Position numbers and translations under genes: made by a program | The notes under the pieces: generated by a model | Told to the model about the DNA's origin: nothing | The model's database searches: none | The model's input: the letters and a program-made list of their open reading frames with translations, nothing else | Part shown: in pieces, positions 21,946-35,400 of the stretch | Numbering within the stretch: the stretch's first letter is position 1 | How the letters are laid out: every line of letters starts with the position of its first letter | NCBI GenBank assembly: GCA_050575255.1 | Contig: JBNZDD010013730.1 | Span: 8,898,381 to 8,962,380 of the forward strand | Origin: Harriotta raleighana | Lineage: Eukaryota | Length of the DNA: 64,000 nt | Reading direction: 5' to 3'

Positions 21946-23224
21946 TTACACTGAAAGTTTCATGCTTCTTTGCCATGGATTGGTTACCACAATAACCTTA
22001 GCTGGTAGGTTTATTGTGATTGTATATGATTGATGAATGCGTTGAAATGGGAGAACTGGTTTGTCGCTCTCTCAGCTGTCACAGCTATGCCTCTTCAGCC
22101 CCTATGGCTTCCTTCTCCTACTCTCCACTGCAGTTAATGTATCCTCTTCCTTCTGGAATTTCTGGAAGTTGTTTGCTTGGATGCCAAGATGCCATGATCG
22201 GAGCAGCTGTGTTTGATGATCTTTAGTTACATGTCTGCCCCTGTAGCATTGGAAATTGTACCTTTGAATTTCCTGCAGGGAATTTTTAGAACAAAGGGAT
22301 GAGCAGCATGTTGTAAGTTACACAGACAGGTGCCTTCTTAAATATTAATATCCGCTTTATTCTTTGGTCGTCTGTCAAATGGGGGATTCATTTGGACAAA
22401 GCCATTGGCCAGGTGCTGTGGAGGCGTTGAATGGCATATTGGGCTGAGAAGTTTTTTCTAATGACTGTCATATTTAGTGGTGTGACATTTCTGAATAGTT
22501 CTATTACACTCCAGCTAACGATAGCTTTACCTTATTTTACATACTGGCTAAATATAGCTTCACTTCTATTACAAGCCAGTTGAACATAGCTTCAGCTTGT
22601 ATTCTGTATCATTGCTTTGCTTCTATAATGGGGGAAAAAGCACATGGCTGGTCCTTGCCAATTTGAGTTCCCGGAAGCAGTTCTGGGTGTCTTAAATAGT
22701 GCACAATTGTACAGAAAATAAGTCCTTCACCATTCATGAAGGGAAGTGGTGTGTGTAAATTGAAAGCTTTCAGTTATTTACGAAGAGAAGAAGCCTGATT
22801 TTAAGATAACAACTTAACTTTGTAATTGATGCTCTTGTGAATTTGAGTCAGTAAGTCCTGAAAAATGTGCTTGTATACATATGCTTCTACTTCAGAAATC
22901 ATCTTTAAAATTAATTTTCCCAAATCTTCTATTACTAGATAATGTGATTGAAGTAGAGAAATGCATAGAACCATGGAACATTTATTAATTCAGAATATTG
23001 TGAAAAAAATTATAGAGAGACAAACAGTTTCTAGCATTGTGATTTTATATTGCTCTGTAGTTCTTAGAATCTTATACACTTAGATTTTTTACAATCAGTT
23101 AATTGGAAGCTTTTAAAAACTGTGCAATTTAAAAATACCTAAAAGCATGCTTAGCTGTTTTCTTTCTCTTCCTGTGTATTTCCATAGTTTGTAGAAAGAG
23201 TTTGTTTGATCGGCTAGCCACTCC

Positions 23225-23545
23225 AATACAGTGCTGGGGTAGAATTGCATTATTGGAGATGCTGTCTTTTGGATAACATGTTAAACCTATTTGCCTGTTC
23301 AGGCAGAATGTCAAAGATCCTAAGATACTATTCAAGCAATTAAGAGAGTTTTTCTTGGTGTCAGGGCCAACAATCCTCCAAATGAAATGGATCATTCATT
23401 TCATCGCTCTGTGGGACAATGTTTTGTGCAAAATGCCTGCTCAGTTGCCTCCAAAATTCACAGCCACTACTTTACAGTAAATCGTGTGAAACGTCCTCCT
23501 GACATGCAAAGCATGGTATCAAATTCGTAAGGATTCATTATATTT
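23225..23545 (+). mobile_element. Older SacSINE1/AmnSINE1-like Deu SINE fragment
   Basis: ggagatgctgtcttttggataacatgttaaacc..ctgttcaggcagaatgtcaaagatcc..tgtgggacaatgttttgtgcaaaatgcctgc. Confidence 0.7.
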
Positions 23546-24669
23546 ATTATTATTTACATATTATGGAAATGGTCAGCTTGATCAAGTGAAAGTAATGACA
23601 ATTTTACTTGGATTGCTATTAATAAAAGCTTACTGATAAATTAGATTATTTGGGCAAGAAAGTGAAACAAGTTATCTGGCGACAGCTTTGTTAGAATCAT
23701 CTACTTACAGATTTGGAACATGAGGTACACAAACCACCTTCAAATATTGAATAAAGTCTGAATTTAAGGATGTCAAAATTCTCTTTTCAGACCACGAGAA
23801 TTTGGTTCAATTTAAAATACGTATAAGTTTCTGGAATATTTTAATAAATGCATTGTGGCTTAAAAACATCAACCTCTTTGCCATGTGGATCGTTTCAGTA
23901 ATGATGGATGCTGCAAAGATGCTGATAGTTTTTTTTTTAAAAAAAAGCCCAAATCCATTCAGTAAAATATTTTAAATGATGCACATGGCAAACGGTGAAG
24001 CTGGGGGTGATATTGCTTTGTGGTGGCACTAACATCCACTGGTGAATTATGAAAGAAAAATCTGACCAATGAAACCTCGCCTCTGTTATTAAAACTCTGT
24101 ATGAAAGGTTATTCTGCAGAATTACTTTCTTGTTTTAATGATAAGTAAACAGTCATTTTCTGTGTAAACATTAAAAAGTGGAAAAGCTATTTTTTCGACG
24201 TGGGAGCAGAATGCCTAGAGTTACCTTTGCTTTCAGGTCTATAATTGTGATAATTTTGTCCGAGCGACAGTTTCACATCAAAACGGCTTGGGTTGTAATG
24301 TGTTGTGTCATATAAAAGCAAACCAAGTCGTTTCACATTAGCAGAGTATTGCAGATCAGATGATGAGACCACAGTGACTTTTTGACCCTTCCCTTTTTTA
24401 AAAAAACAAATTATTAAGAATTTGCTAAATTATAACAATTGAGTACTTTAAGGAATTGCACAGAAAGGCAGGTTTGATCTTAGTTTGTGCAGTATAGATG
24501 CAAGGATTACTTCAATCCTTGTAAAACATGTACACTCATTTTATAAGCTCAGAACATTTCAAAAATTTAATTCAAGTGTGCCCTGAACAATAAACAAGTT
24601 TATTCACCAAATAAACAATTTGTATTTTTGGTGTTCATATGAAAGCAATAGGGATAACCTTGAAAGGTG

Positions 24670-24990
24670 AGGAATCTGGCAACTCAAGAGGTAGAACTCC
24701 CAAGCAGAAGGCCCGAGTTCAGATCTCAGCTGGCAATGACCGTTCAACTCTACAGCTTTGCCACCTTTCTGGCTGCTGAGTGAAGTTCTTTATACTTGTC
24801 AAGAAGTTACCATCACAGGCGGTAGGGAGGGAAGTGAGAAGAAGGAAAAAATGGACGGAGCAAGATCTGTGTCACTTAAGACTGCCTCCTGCTGGCTGCT
24901 TAGGGGCCTCATTCATGGGAACCTTGGAGAGACTGTTGCTCAGATTGTATGATCTCCTTCCAGCTGAAGGAGAAAAGGACACCAGAAAAA
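24670..24990 (+). mobile_element. Probable old tRNA-derived SINE of a different family
   Basis: Head gcaactcaagaggtagaac...ggcccgagttcagatctcagc has A/B-box-like spacing, followed by a GC-richer body unlike the other SINEs here. Confidence 0.4.
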
Positions 24991-27900
24991 GGCAACAATA
25001 AAACTAATTATAAAGGAGATTAAGAACACATATGTCAATTTTATGTCAGCTTTAAAGCTACTTTTGGTATACCTATACACATGGTAAGTTTCTTAAACTC
25101 TTTGCTAGTTGCCTTTTTGTTATTGAAATACTGTAACTGCATAGCTTTCCATATTAAAAATAATTCATATATATATATACTGTAGTTACTTATAGTGACT
25201 GCAATCTGGTTTAAACGTAATGATCTACTTTGACGTATCTGAATGTTTTACAGATGTAATGCACGCCATGCACACTTCCTGTGGGCATATTGACTGGCGT
25301 GGCAGCGATGGCTTTACAATATGCCAATGCTTTTATTATATTCGTCATTGGAAACTCATGATTTCTGGTCTTTTTTTGTTAACAAGTGTTTACAAAATGT
25401 TGCTGATACTCATTAAACTGTTTCTCGTCTTCCACAACTGACAGGTTATATGAAGTGGTTAGACTGGCATTTCTGACATTTCTGTATGTGGTTTCAATAG
25501 GAGCTCATGATTGTTACATAGAACAGATGTAGATTGTAGTTGTTTTTCTTTGTAATTGCAGTCATTAAGTGAAAGTATGTGTCAATCAACTTTACACTTA
25601 AAGGTACAATTCATCTGTAAGAAATATCGTTGATGTGTGCTGTTAAATATAAAATATATTTTGCGTGGTAAATATAGAAAGTTCTCTTCCATTTTTTCTT
25701 ATTTGGTATTGCTGGAAAATTAAAGTTTATGTGATTGAAATAAGAACAGTATTTCTTGGAAAAGGGCAAAGTACAGTGTATAAGAGTTAATGATATTCCA
25801 GTTACTTTTTACAAACATTTCAATAGTACATGCACAAGTATAAAAATGTTGTAATGGAGCAACTGGTTCAAATAACTAACAAGTGTGAAAATGGAAACCG
25901 TAATGAAAATAACTAACAATTATGATGGAATGAATGTTTAACGTATTATTTCTTAAACTATGCCATAAGCAGCAGAATTTTTTTTAATGCTTTTTATTCT
26001 ATATCATGGATAAAGTGGAGAAAACACTTACCGTATTGAATCCAGGATTTATTTCATGTTTCACAACATCACCAATAAATATTGAAAATTAGATCAGATC
26101 CGCAGCCTGAAGTTATGAGAAATGTTGTGGTGAACACATCAACAATTGAGAGAATTATTTCTGAATGTTGGTACTTTTATTTGGAAGAAAGTGAGGTTGT
26201 AGAAGTACGTTTTTTTTAAAAAAATAGACATAAGTCAAAAATTGAGAAAGGCAATTCATCCTTGTGAAATGTTGTCCGTAAAAATTGTTTTGTGACAGCA
26301 CAACACTAGAGAATTGAAATATGATTCACTGTAAATTGGCATTCAGGTTAGAAACTCGTTGGTAATGTATATAAAATTAAAAATACATAATCACAAACAT
26401 TAACAGCACAAGTTGGATTGCAAATCCAGATAAATTGATGTTATTCCTTGTGACTGATGAAATTATCTTCAAACATTTTGTTTCTTTTCAAAGCATTTAC
26501 TGTAAAATCAGTTGATAATGAATTATCCAAGAATTATAGGAATTGATTATTTAACATAAGAAAACCAGCATTTTTCTTTTTTGCAGGTTCAGTCTAAAAT
26601 GGAAGCTCTGACAATCTAGATGAAAAAATATAAAGTTACTCATTGTTCATAGTGAGAGCAAGGAAATATTTCCAAGAAATTAATTGCACGCCTTCAAACA
26701 AATATTTTTAATTCTATTGAAGTTCACTACTTTTGTTTATTGTATTATTGATATACTTTTTATCTTCAGACTTTATTGTTAAATATTTTATTGAAAATGT
26801 AGTTTAAAACATATCCACTAGTTTTGGTTCCCTATTTAAGTGAAGTGTAGCATCACTTCTGAAGTTTCTTTAAAAATGTATGAATGGAATACAGCTAATA
26901 AGGAAGAAGAAGAAGCCTTCTTCTTATTAGCCACAAATAATCTTTGGCACCTGTATTATTACTTACCCAGATCTTTGAATAGGGCTCAATCTTGTGTTTT
27001 TAGATTTTAGTTAAGGGCTGGTTTATTTGTCCTACAGCACCAAGAACCTGGTAAAATTCAGTCTTGTCTTTCTCAATTTTGTGTGTATGAACAATTAGCT
27101 TAACATTAATAAAGATAAAATATTATTTAATAAAAACTGATGTGGCTGCTATAATTACTGTGCAAATTAAATTGCTTCAATAGAATTCCCCACTAATTTT
27201 CAGGGGCAACACAACTTCATAGAGATGCTCTCTGCCGGCCACAGTGCTTTGCTTATATACAGTACTTTATAAGTCCTAATGGTTCTTTTATGATAAATTT
27301 GTGCAGCTTTGATATTAATTCTCACATCTTTTCTGGTCTCTGTGAAATAATCCTTTGAGGGAAGCAATCTCAAAGGCATTCATTGCCCAAGTTGGTGCAT
27401 ACTTCAAACAGTAACTGTAACAATGGTACTATTAGCATCATGTCGACTAAATCCTTCAATTAGGGATGATTTATTTTTTCTAAATCTATGCTAGCCATAA
27501 AAGATAGGTATCATTACCCTTAAATCATGGTCAGTTTTGAAACCGTGGGACCAAGTTAGTTGACAAAAAGAAAAGAGGCTGAGGATAAGTCCCACCCCTG
27601 AATGTATGTGTACAGACCAGAAAGTACTGTGATCATTATGTATTGATTACAAGCAATTTACTGTGACACAGTCTCTCCCTTTTTTCTAGGTCTCAGATAG
27701 GATATATAGTTTCAGGTCAGTTTTACCCCACTGGGGACAGACAGTCATGAATTCAAGCCACTGATCAAAGTTCACTGTGCTACTGCAGGTTTGAGCTGAT
27801 GAAATCTATCCGCTGGATGGAACTGGACCCTGTGCAAAAGAAAGCCACCCTTCCTAAACATTTCAGCAATATTGGTATTAATTGAAACTTGTCTGTCTTG

Positions 27901-30000
27901 ATAAACTACAGTTCCAGAAACTGCTGTGTTTCTTGTTACTTTGTGAAGAGTGTCATTTTTCCATTTGTTTGTTTTCTTTGGCTCCATTGCGCTGAGTTTA
28001 AATTTGGCTGTTTAAAATTAGTTTATTTATGGACCTACTCAGTCCTTCAAGTGTTTCCAACAGAAGTTTTTTTGTTCGATCTTTTCTGCTCCCTTTGGGT
28101 GGGTAGGGGGTAGGTGGATGGTGGGGGATAGGACATTTTTGTTGAAGCAACCAAAACGCATTTGCATACATGCAGATTACGTTGAACCTGTTTTGGCTGT
28201 GTTCCATCAAAGCAGATTTGATGAGTTAAGATGAGGTGCTGTGCAGGTAAAAAAAAATAAAAGTTCAGTTTGGAGCCTGCTGTGTATGGAGCCTTTGTCA
28301 TATATTCTTCTTTCAAACCTGTAACTCTTGGTAGCTGGAACATCTGTTTCTACCCTGTTGTTCCCCTTGGCTGGTTTTCAATTGGATTTCCTCATGCAGG
28401 TCCAAAGCTTGTCACCTCAGCCTGGCTCTGTTAACTATCACCAGTGGCCCCACATTAAGTAGGTGGTTCAGGGTGAAGCTAATAACTCTTCTGCCTTTCT
28501 GACTGATCATGGTTACTGTGTCTAGTCAGCTCACTGAACTCTTGTGAGATGTGAATCTCTTTTTGTCCCCTCTATAAAGGAAGAATTGTTTTTGGTTATC
28601 CCATTGATAAGGTCACATGAAATACTTTAGACTGCATTATTGCTTGTTTTAAGGAAGTGTTTGATCTTGGGACTCTCATATTGTTTTTTAAAAAACTGTC
28701 TGAATTAAGCAATCCACTCCATCTAAATTACTTGTTTCTTCCGTCAAACTTGATTATTTACCCATTTCCAAACTGTGCAAATGTCTGATTAAAAATAATA
28801 CACTTATTACACAATGGTGCAATTTTCCTCTTGTTGGTAAAAATGGCCTTTAACCTTGAAATTGGGTGTTGAATTGACCCAACTAGTGAATTAGTTTGCT
28901 AAATTTAAGGTACCCGCCCTTCCCACCCCTAAGGAAAAACAAGTCTGAAGCATTCAATGGCATCAGCATGGATAGTTATAGTTTGCCCGGTAGGTGGTTG
29001 TGGGTCTGGTTTTGAATAGTTTCTATGGATGTGAAGGAACAGCAGACACATAACTAGAGATGTTTCTTCACTTGACGACCCAACATATTAGACATATGTT
29101 GTCTTCCACCTCTCATGGAGGTGGTTTGCTCACATTATTCGCCCATAAAATATACAGTCAATTCACTTCACAGTATATTCTATGAAGTGCTTTAGGACAT
29201 CTCGAAAAGTGAAAAGGCACTGTATCAAATGCAAGGTTTCTTATTATTGTTGTGCCCTTGGAATTAAACCAGCCATGACACCGTGGGGGAAGGGGGCTAG
29301 AATAAATACCATCAGCTAGTGGGGATTGGTAAACTATTAGATCATGCTTGAAATACACAACTTCATCACATTACACACAATTAGTTCAGTGATGTTCATG
29401 CATCAGCCTTAGGCACAGTATATAAAAAAAACATTATAAACCCCTAGTATAATTGGCTTCCCAGATTGCCCACGTATTTTAATATCCTAATTAAACAGTG
29501 TGTTTTGCTAACCAACACCTATTTTACCACTTGAAATTGTTAAACCTATGAGCTTGATTTTAGTTCATTTTCATCCTGCTGAAACTCTGACTTTCATTTT
29601 GTCACTGTTAATGCACTAATTTAATGGAAAGGAGAAAGACTTGCTCCAATATGATTCCAATTCTATCCAGGTAGTAGAAACTTTTTTTTTCAAATCTTCA
29701 GACCAACAGGGGTTTAGGTAAACCTTTTGCCATCATTGCAGCAATTTTACTCAATTCATCCCACAGGTCTCAGAGGCTGAATAAACTGATAGATTTCAAT
29801 AGAAATGTTTAGCTGATCAGATATAGGAAAATAAGTCTTGAAGACATGCTTGTGTAGTCTGCACTGCAGTCACAATTGATGTGCAAGTGTGTTTTTACTT
29901 ATGAAGCGCTTTGAGATGTTTTAACATGACAAGGTAAGAGATGTTTTGTCTTCGTCTCCTGAAGTTTCTACCAATAGGTGTAGATCTAGAGGTGACATTA

Positions 30001-30363
30001 ATAATAACAATTATAATCCTCATCCTTGCATTTGATATAGTGCTATATCATGTTTTCAAGATGTCTCAAAGTGCTTCACAGAATATACTGTGAAGTGAAT
30101 TTATTGTATATTTGGTGGGTGCAATACGGCAGCCAATTGGGCACAGGAGTGTCCCATAAACAGTCATGGTTTGAAGTGACAAATTTATTATTATTATTTT
30201 GTTTTGAAGGAATTATTACCTTCGGAAAAGCAATCCACCAATCGACTTAACAACCGATTTCTTACTTAAGTAAACAGAGGCGTGTGGAATAAGGAAACTT
30301 GCCCAACATTTTACCCTGTGGGGAATCAAACCCAGGTCTCTTGCTTGTGAGGCGTATGCTCTA
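30001..30363 (-). mobile_element. Deu-type SINE, long variant with an extra ~75-bp internal segment
   Basis: Same head, core and tail as the young family. The extra block is shared with the 47133..47456 copy. Confidence 0.85.
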
Positions 30364-30394
30364 ATTTGCAACACTTCACCAATCATGGTGATGG

Positions 30395-30670
30395 TTACCC
30401 TCTGATACCTTGAGAAAAGTCGCTTTGTCATGTGAGTGCCTGGTGATCAATGTTGGCAAGATGTTGAATTATGGTACATTTGCAGCCAAGCCCAATCCTT
30501 GTCAAACGTTTATACAAACACACTTTCCAGTACTGTATATGGTCATTTGTTAGTGATCAGATGCAGGAACGCGAGCATATATTTTTCCCCCTTTTCCCCT
30601 AGGGCATAGAGGCCCATTGTAGCACACCACTTCTGTCCCAGCTGAGATCAGTTAACTTAGCACATGGTTG
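30395..30670 (-). mobile_element. Ancient AmnSINE2-like SINE fragment
   Basis: Reverse complement reads gtgctaagttaactgatctcagctgggac..gctacaatgggcctc..ggggaaaaat..gttcctgcatctgatcac..ctggaaagtgtgt..ggattgggcttggctg, matching the recalled AmnSINE2 consensus. Confidence 0.6.
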
Positions 30671-31879
30671 TAGTGTATTGCATTATTAACAACTATAATC
30701 GTTGTATATTTTCGAACATTGCAGAAATGCTAACATATACACCGGAAGGTTAAAGATCGTGGGTTTCCAGTAGTATATGCCTTTTGCAATTTAACAAATA
30801 AAAAAAATAAAATTGTTTGTAAGGATCAGAATTGTATTGACAAAATATCTTTATCTGACTAAATGAAATCTGTGGTTTTCTGCAACAATCCATAAGTGCC
30901 TGTTTGAAGGAAATTTGACCCACAGAACAACAGCCGCAATATATAACCGATATAAAATGCTATGCTATGGAAAAGTGAAAGAATGCTACGCACAATAAAC
31001 TTTCATGCTGATAATGTGACCGTGCTTAAAATCATATTTATTAGTGGTAAATTCAATTATGCTGGCAATATAAATGTGTTTGGTTCAGCTGACCACTGCA
31101 TTTATGGCACATGAAGTTTTATTCCAGGGCTCCTTTCTCCGCAATAAAGATTCTGTGTCAAATTGAAAATGCTTATTTGCTGTAAAAGTTTCTGTACAAT
31201 AAGATGACCAAATGCGTGTATTGGAGGAAAGTTAGATTTATAGGTTAATATGCATGTTTGAATTCTTCTCCCTCCCCCACGTTTTATTCCCTTTCTTGGG
31301 AAGCAGCATGCAGAGACGGTTCTGTATGTCTGATTGCCTAACTGCCTGTGGCAAATGTGCTTGCTGGAAGTCAAATAACAATCCTTGTAATTTGCATTTG
31401 ATACAGCACCTTTCATGTCAGGAGGAGGTCGCAAAGAGATTTATAGGATTTACTGTAAATTGTAGTTACTGTGTATTTTGTAGGCAAATAACTTGAGAGT
31501 GACTTTCCTGATGGCCACACTGGCTTACCAGCCACTTCCCTGCATTGTAATATTTTGTTTCAAAGTTGGAGAGTCGGGTGGATTTTTGAGGAGAATTTAT
31601 AAGTATCCATATCAATATGGAATCATTCTACAAGTCAACCTTCAGCTGTAACCATGCAAACATCCAAAATGTTCAGTCCAGCTCCTACTGACCTCAATTT
31701 TACTATCGGAATCATAGCTAATCAGGGATGAATTACACACATACGTATTATGCGGGTGAAAGACTAAATTAACAACTGAAATCAAATTGATATTAGCAGC
31801 TTCTAAACTGAATGTTTTCATTAAGGTCTGTTGATCTTTAATGAATCATTAAATATTTGATGATACATGTAACAAATGG

Positions 31880-32100
31880 CAGATTGATTGCTTTCCGTGG
31901 GCAATAATTCCTTCAAATTAATAAATAAAATAATAATCATTTTGTTACTCAATCCATGACTGTTTGTGGGACAAAGCTGTGTGCAATTAGTGGCTGCATT
32001 TCACCCCCAAAATGTACAGTCAATCCATTTGACATTATATTGTGTGAAGCGCTTTGAGACGTCTCAACAAAGTGATATATCAAGTGCAAGGATTAATTTT
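31880..32100 (+). mobile_element. Deu-type SINE, 5'-truncated (long variant)
   Basis: ttgctttcc..ataattccttcaaa..ctgtttgtgggacaaagctgtgtgcaatt..gaagcgctttgagacg..caaggatt. Confidence 0.8.
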
Positions 32101-35100
32101 TTATAGTTGCGTAAATAAATCCTGTAATCCATTCTCTGCCCCAGGAATCAAAAGCTTCCACAAAAACCCAATACTTTATCATTAGATCTTGAGGTATTTT
32201 CATTCTCATCACTGATTATAGAATTCCTTATGGCTCAATGATTATTAACTTTAAAAAGATCCCAGAGCAATATGCTGCTGTTGGTCAGGGTTGTGCATTG
32301 TTTAAACCTGAAACTTATATTGGACTGCAAACACTTTATACAGGCCTTGAAAATGTAAGTTAAAAGCAGACAAATGTTGTGATAAATGCACTTTTATGAG
32401 AAGGGTCAAAGGCATTACTGTGTCCTCTACATAAAGTTTGAACTCTTCCACAGTATTTAACCTCTCCAGCACTATTTTAGCAATTGGGTCCATATGTTCA
32501 GTGTCACAATGAATTAGCCAGTAACCCAGAAAGAAAGTTCAGAGACTGAATTAAAAAATGGAGAACACTGACTGAAATATTCAGTTTGAGGTGGATTAAT
32601 TGCAAATGGTTATCAATCCATTTTGTTAATACAGTTGGTATTGACTTATTTGTTTTGAACTGTAGTGTTACTTATTGAAATACGGGCTGTGATGTTTCAG
32701 GTGGTGCTGTATGTAGCATACTATGACAATGTCGGACAACTTTTACAGCTGAGTTAAGCCAGTGTTTCCTGAACCAGCACTGGAATGATTTGTGTGTGTC
32801 AGGATCAATAGCTGCAACAAGTGGGTTTAGGATGAAACCATTTGAACATTGGTGGATGGGGTGGTGGAGGGTGAGGGAGAATTCCTAAGGGGAGGCTATG
32901 AACTGGAACCACTTCAGAATGGAATGTTCCATGGTGTGATAACTATCAGAGGGAATAATGTATTGTTCACTCCAACAAGCACATTTAATGAAAGAGCACT
33001 GATCTTACTACCACTCAGAGCATCTATCACCACCTTTAAATTTAATGTGAATAGTTTGGATGTAGTCAGAAGCTATCTCTTCCCTGATCTTTAATATTTT
33101 GGGTTCCATATATTCAGGCCTGTCAACTCAATAGTTTAAATCCTGTTAACTATTTAATGTAATTCTCTTTTAATATTTATCTCTAGTAAATACTGTTCCT
33201 ATTATTCTTGTCGGGTACTACCACAGTCCTTCTTTCACCTTTTCTGTTTTAAAAAAACGACAGTATTTGGCATCAATGGCATTCTCTCATTCTCAAGCTA
33301 GAACTGGCCTTTCTTTGACTATTCTACTTTTTATGCACTTATTTAATGCCTTTTTAAGATGTTTCCTCATAATTTTCTGGGGTTTTACATCTTCACGTTG
33401 GGTAGAGAAGTAAGAACGTTATGCCTAGTTAATAGCCATAGCTGTTAAGATTGTATTGCTTAGTTAAAATGCACGTACTGCTCCAGCTCACTACATAGGA
33501 GATGGCCTTGAGAAAAAACCTTACTTGTTGCTTTAATAAGTAGTGACTCTTGTCTTGAACCGTTGTGCTACATTTCAAGAAAGCTTCAACATTTCCAAAA
33601 CACATGCAGTAATAGAAGCTAGGAAATAAAGGAGCTGTGACAATAATACATAACACAGATGTAATTCAGTGACACGAGAACATTTGTGATGCACAGTAAA
33701 ACTAGAATATTAAACTTTTGTATTTGATGAAACCAAACCAATAAACGGCCTTAACATTGAACACTGGTATGAATTTGGGAAGCAAAGGGAATAAAATGGA
33801 GGAGTGGGAGAGAAGAAAATAAACTATATAATTGAATGTTGAGACACTTGCATGTATTAGCATGGATAACTTATTTCAGTTGACGCTGTGGGTAACAATT
33901 ACTGTCGCTTAAAACTAATGAAATTCATACAATGTATGTTATGTTCCTGTTATCCTGTTGATCAGAATTCCTGAATATTGGTCATTTGCACATAACTGTG
34001 CGTACTTGACCAGTAACTTTCCTGAACTAGCAATGATAAGATACCCCAAATCTATTTAGTGGAATCACTTCTAGAACCATCAAATTCAGCATAAAATACA
34101 ATTTTGTAAGTCTGGCTTGATGAATTAAGGTAGATTTGCTATACACACCGCTTGCGCATCCTGCCTGCACCCATTTACACAGCAGTATTAGATAAAAGGT
34201 TTGTAAAGTAAACTTAGAAAGGCAAACAGCCATTTACACAGTTTCAAGTTCTTTTTATCACTATATCTGGTAAACTCTGTGTGAATCTGATGTCAAGCAC
34301 TATTATATATTTGCAGTGAAAAATAGAGGAGCTTCCCTGGCTTGCCTTGTCGCTGCTCGCTTCATCTTTAATCATACTTTTCATCAGTACATTGAAATTT
34401 CGGTTACCAAGGACAACATCATAAATAAATCTGTTTGTTGAGTTTTACTTGCAACTTCCAAAGTTTGCGCATTTAGTGTGAGTGAGGAAGAGAGGCGGTC
34501 ATCTGTGGAAATTTATAATCATTTATTACATATGTGTGAAGCCAAGAAGGAATAAAAGCGTGAAGGCATACATCCATAAACTGAGGCAGAAAGCCTAAAT
34601 GAAAACTAAAGTGAATTCCTGTGTCTTGTCACAAAGTAATGAGAAACTAGGGCTTTTATTCATAGTGGCGGAAGATACATTTGCTCTCAATCTCTTTTTA
34701 GCAGTAAATGCTTCACTGATATATCATATCAAATTTGAACAGAAATATTTGTGCTCTACATTATGGCAAGGCTTTGGGAATTACTATATGGTTGAATAGA
34801 TTCTATGAAGGTTTATAGAAAGTATGGTTACAGTTATTATATTTAATCATAATATATCTAATGCATTGCATTTTGTTCAGCTCAATGGCTTAACGTAGCA
34901 ATTTATGTTGTGTAAAAACAGTAGTATATCTTTTATTGGAGAAAATTGCTAATACTATAGAATCTGCCCTATTATTTAAATGCCTTTTTGTTTATACTTG
35001 AGAGTTAAAAGTTTAGTCAGGTGAATAAAATACTTAGAATCTTATCGCTATTTTGGAACTATAAGTGTGTAATTCAACTTTACATTCAAAAGTAATAATA

Positions 35101-35139
35101 GTTGTCCTTTGAAACTACATTACCAAAAATTCAACCCTA

Positions 35140-35400
35140 ATAATATTTAACATGGTCCAACAATGTGGAGGAAGGGGACATGGCCTTCAGTTCAGAAGAG
35201 TGAAGGTGAACAAATTGTTCAAACTTCATTATTTTACAAAAACATTTTTTGAATATGTCAAGAGACTTCCTGCGGAAGCCGTAGAGGCAGATTTTGGCAT
35301 CAAATTTGAGACAACCACAGTATTTGGCAAAGAATTCAGTTGATAGTGCAGATAAGGATTATTTATTATTGGTTTCACTTGGGTGAGATGGACCACAATA
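35140..35400 (+). mobile_element. Degenerate CR1 LINE 3' end
   Basis: Remnant GRGHGLQF..YFT...RLPAEAVEA...FE resembles the CR1 ORF2 C-terminus. Confidence 0.6.

Noticed and set aside
33880-33897. Partial resemblance to miR-181 (gacgctgtgggt), which neighbours this locus in mammals
   Set aside because: No AACATTCA seed end and no hairpin.
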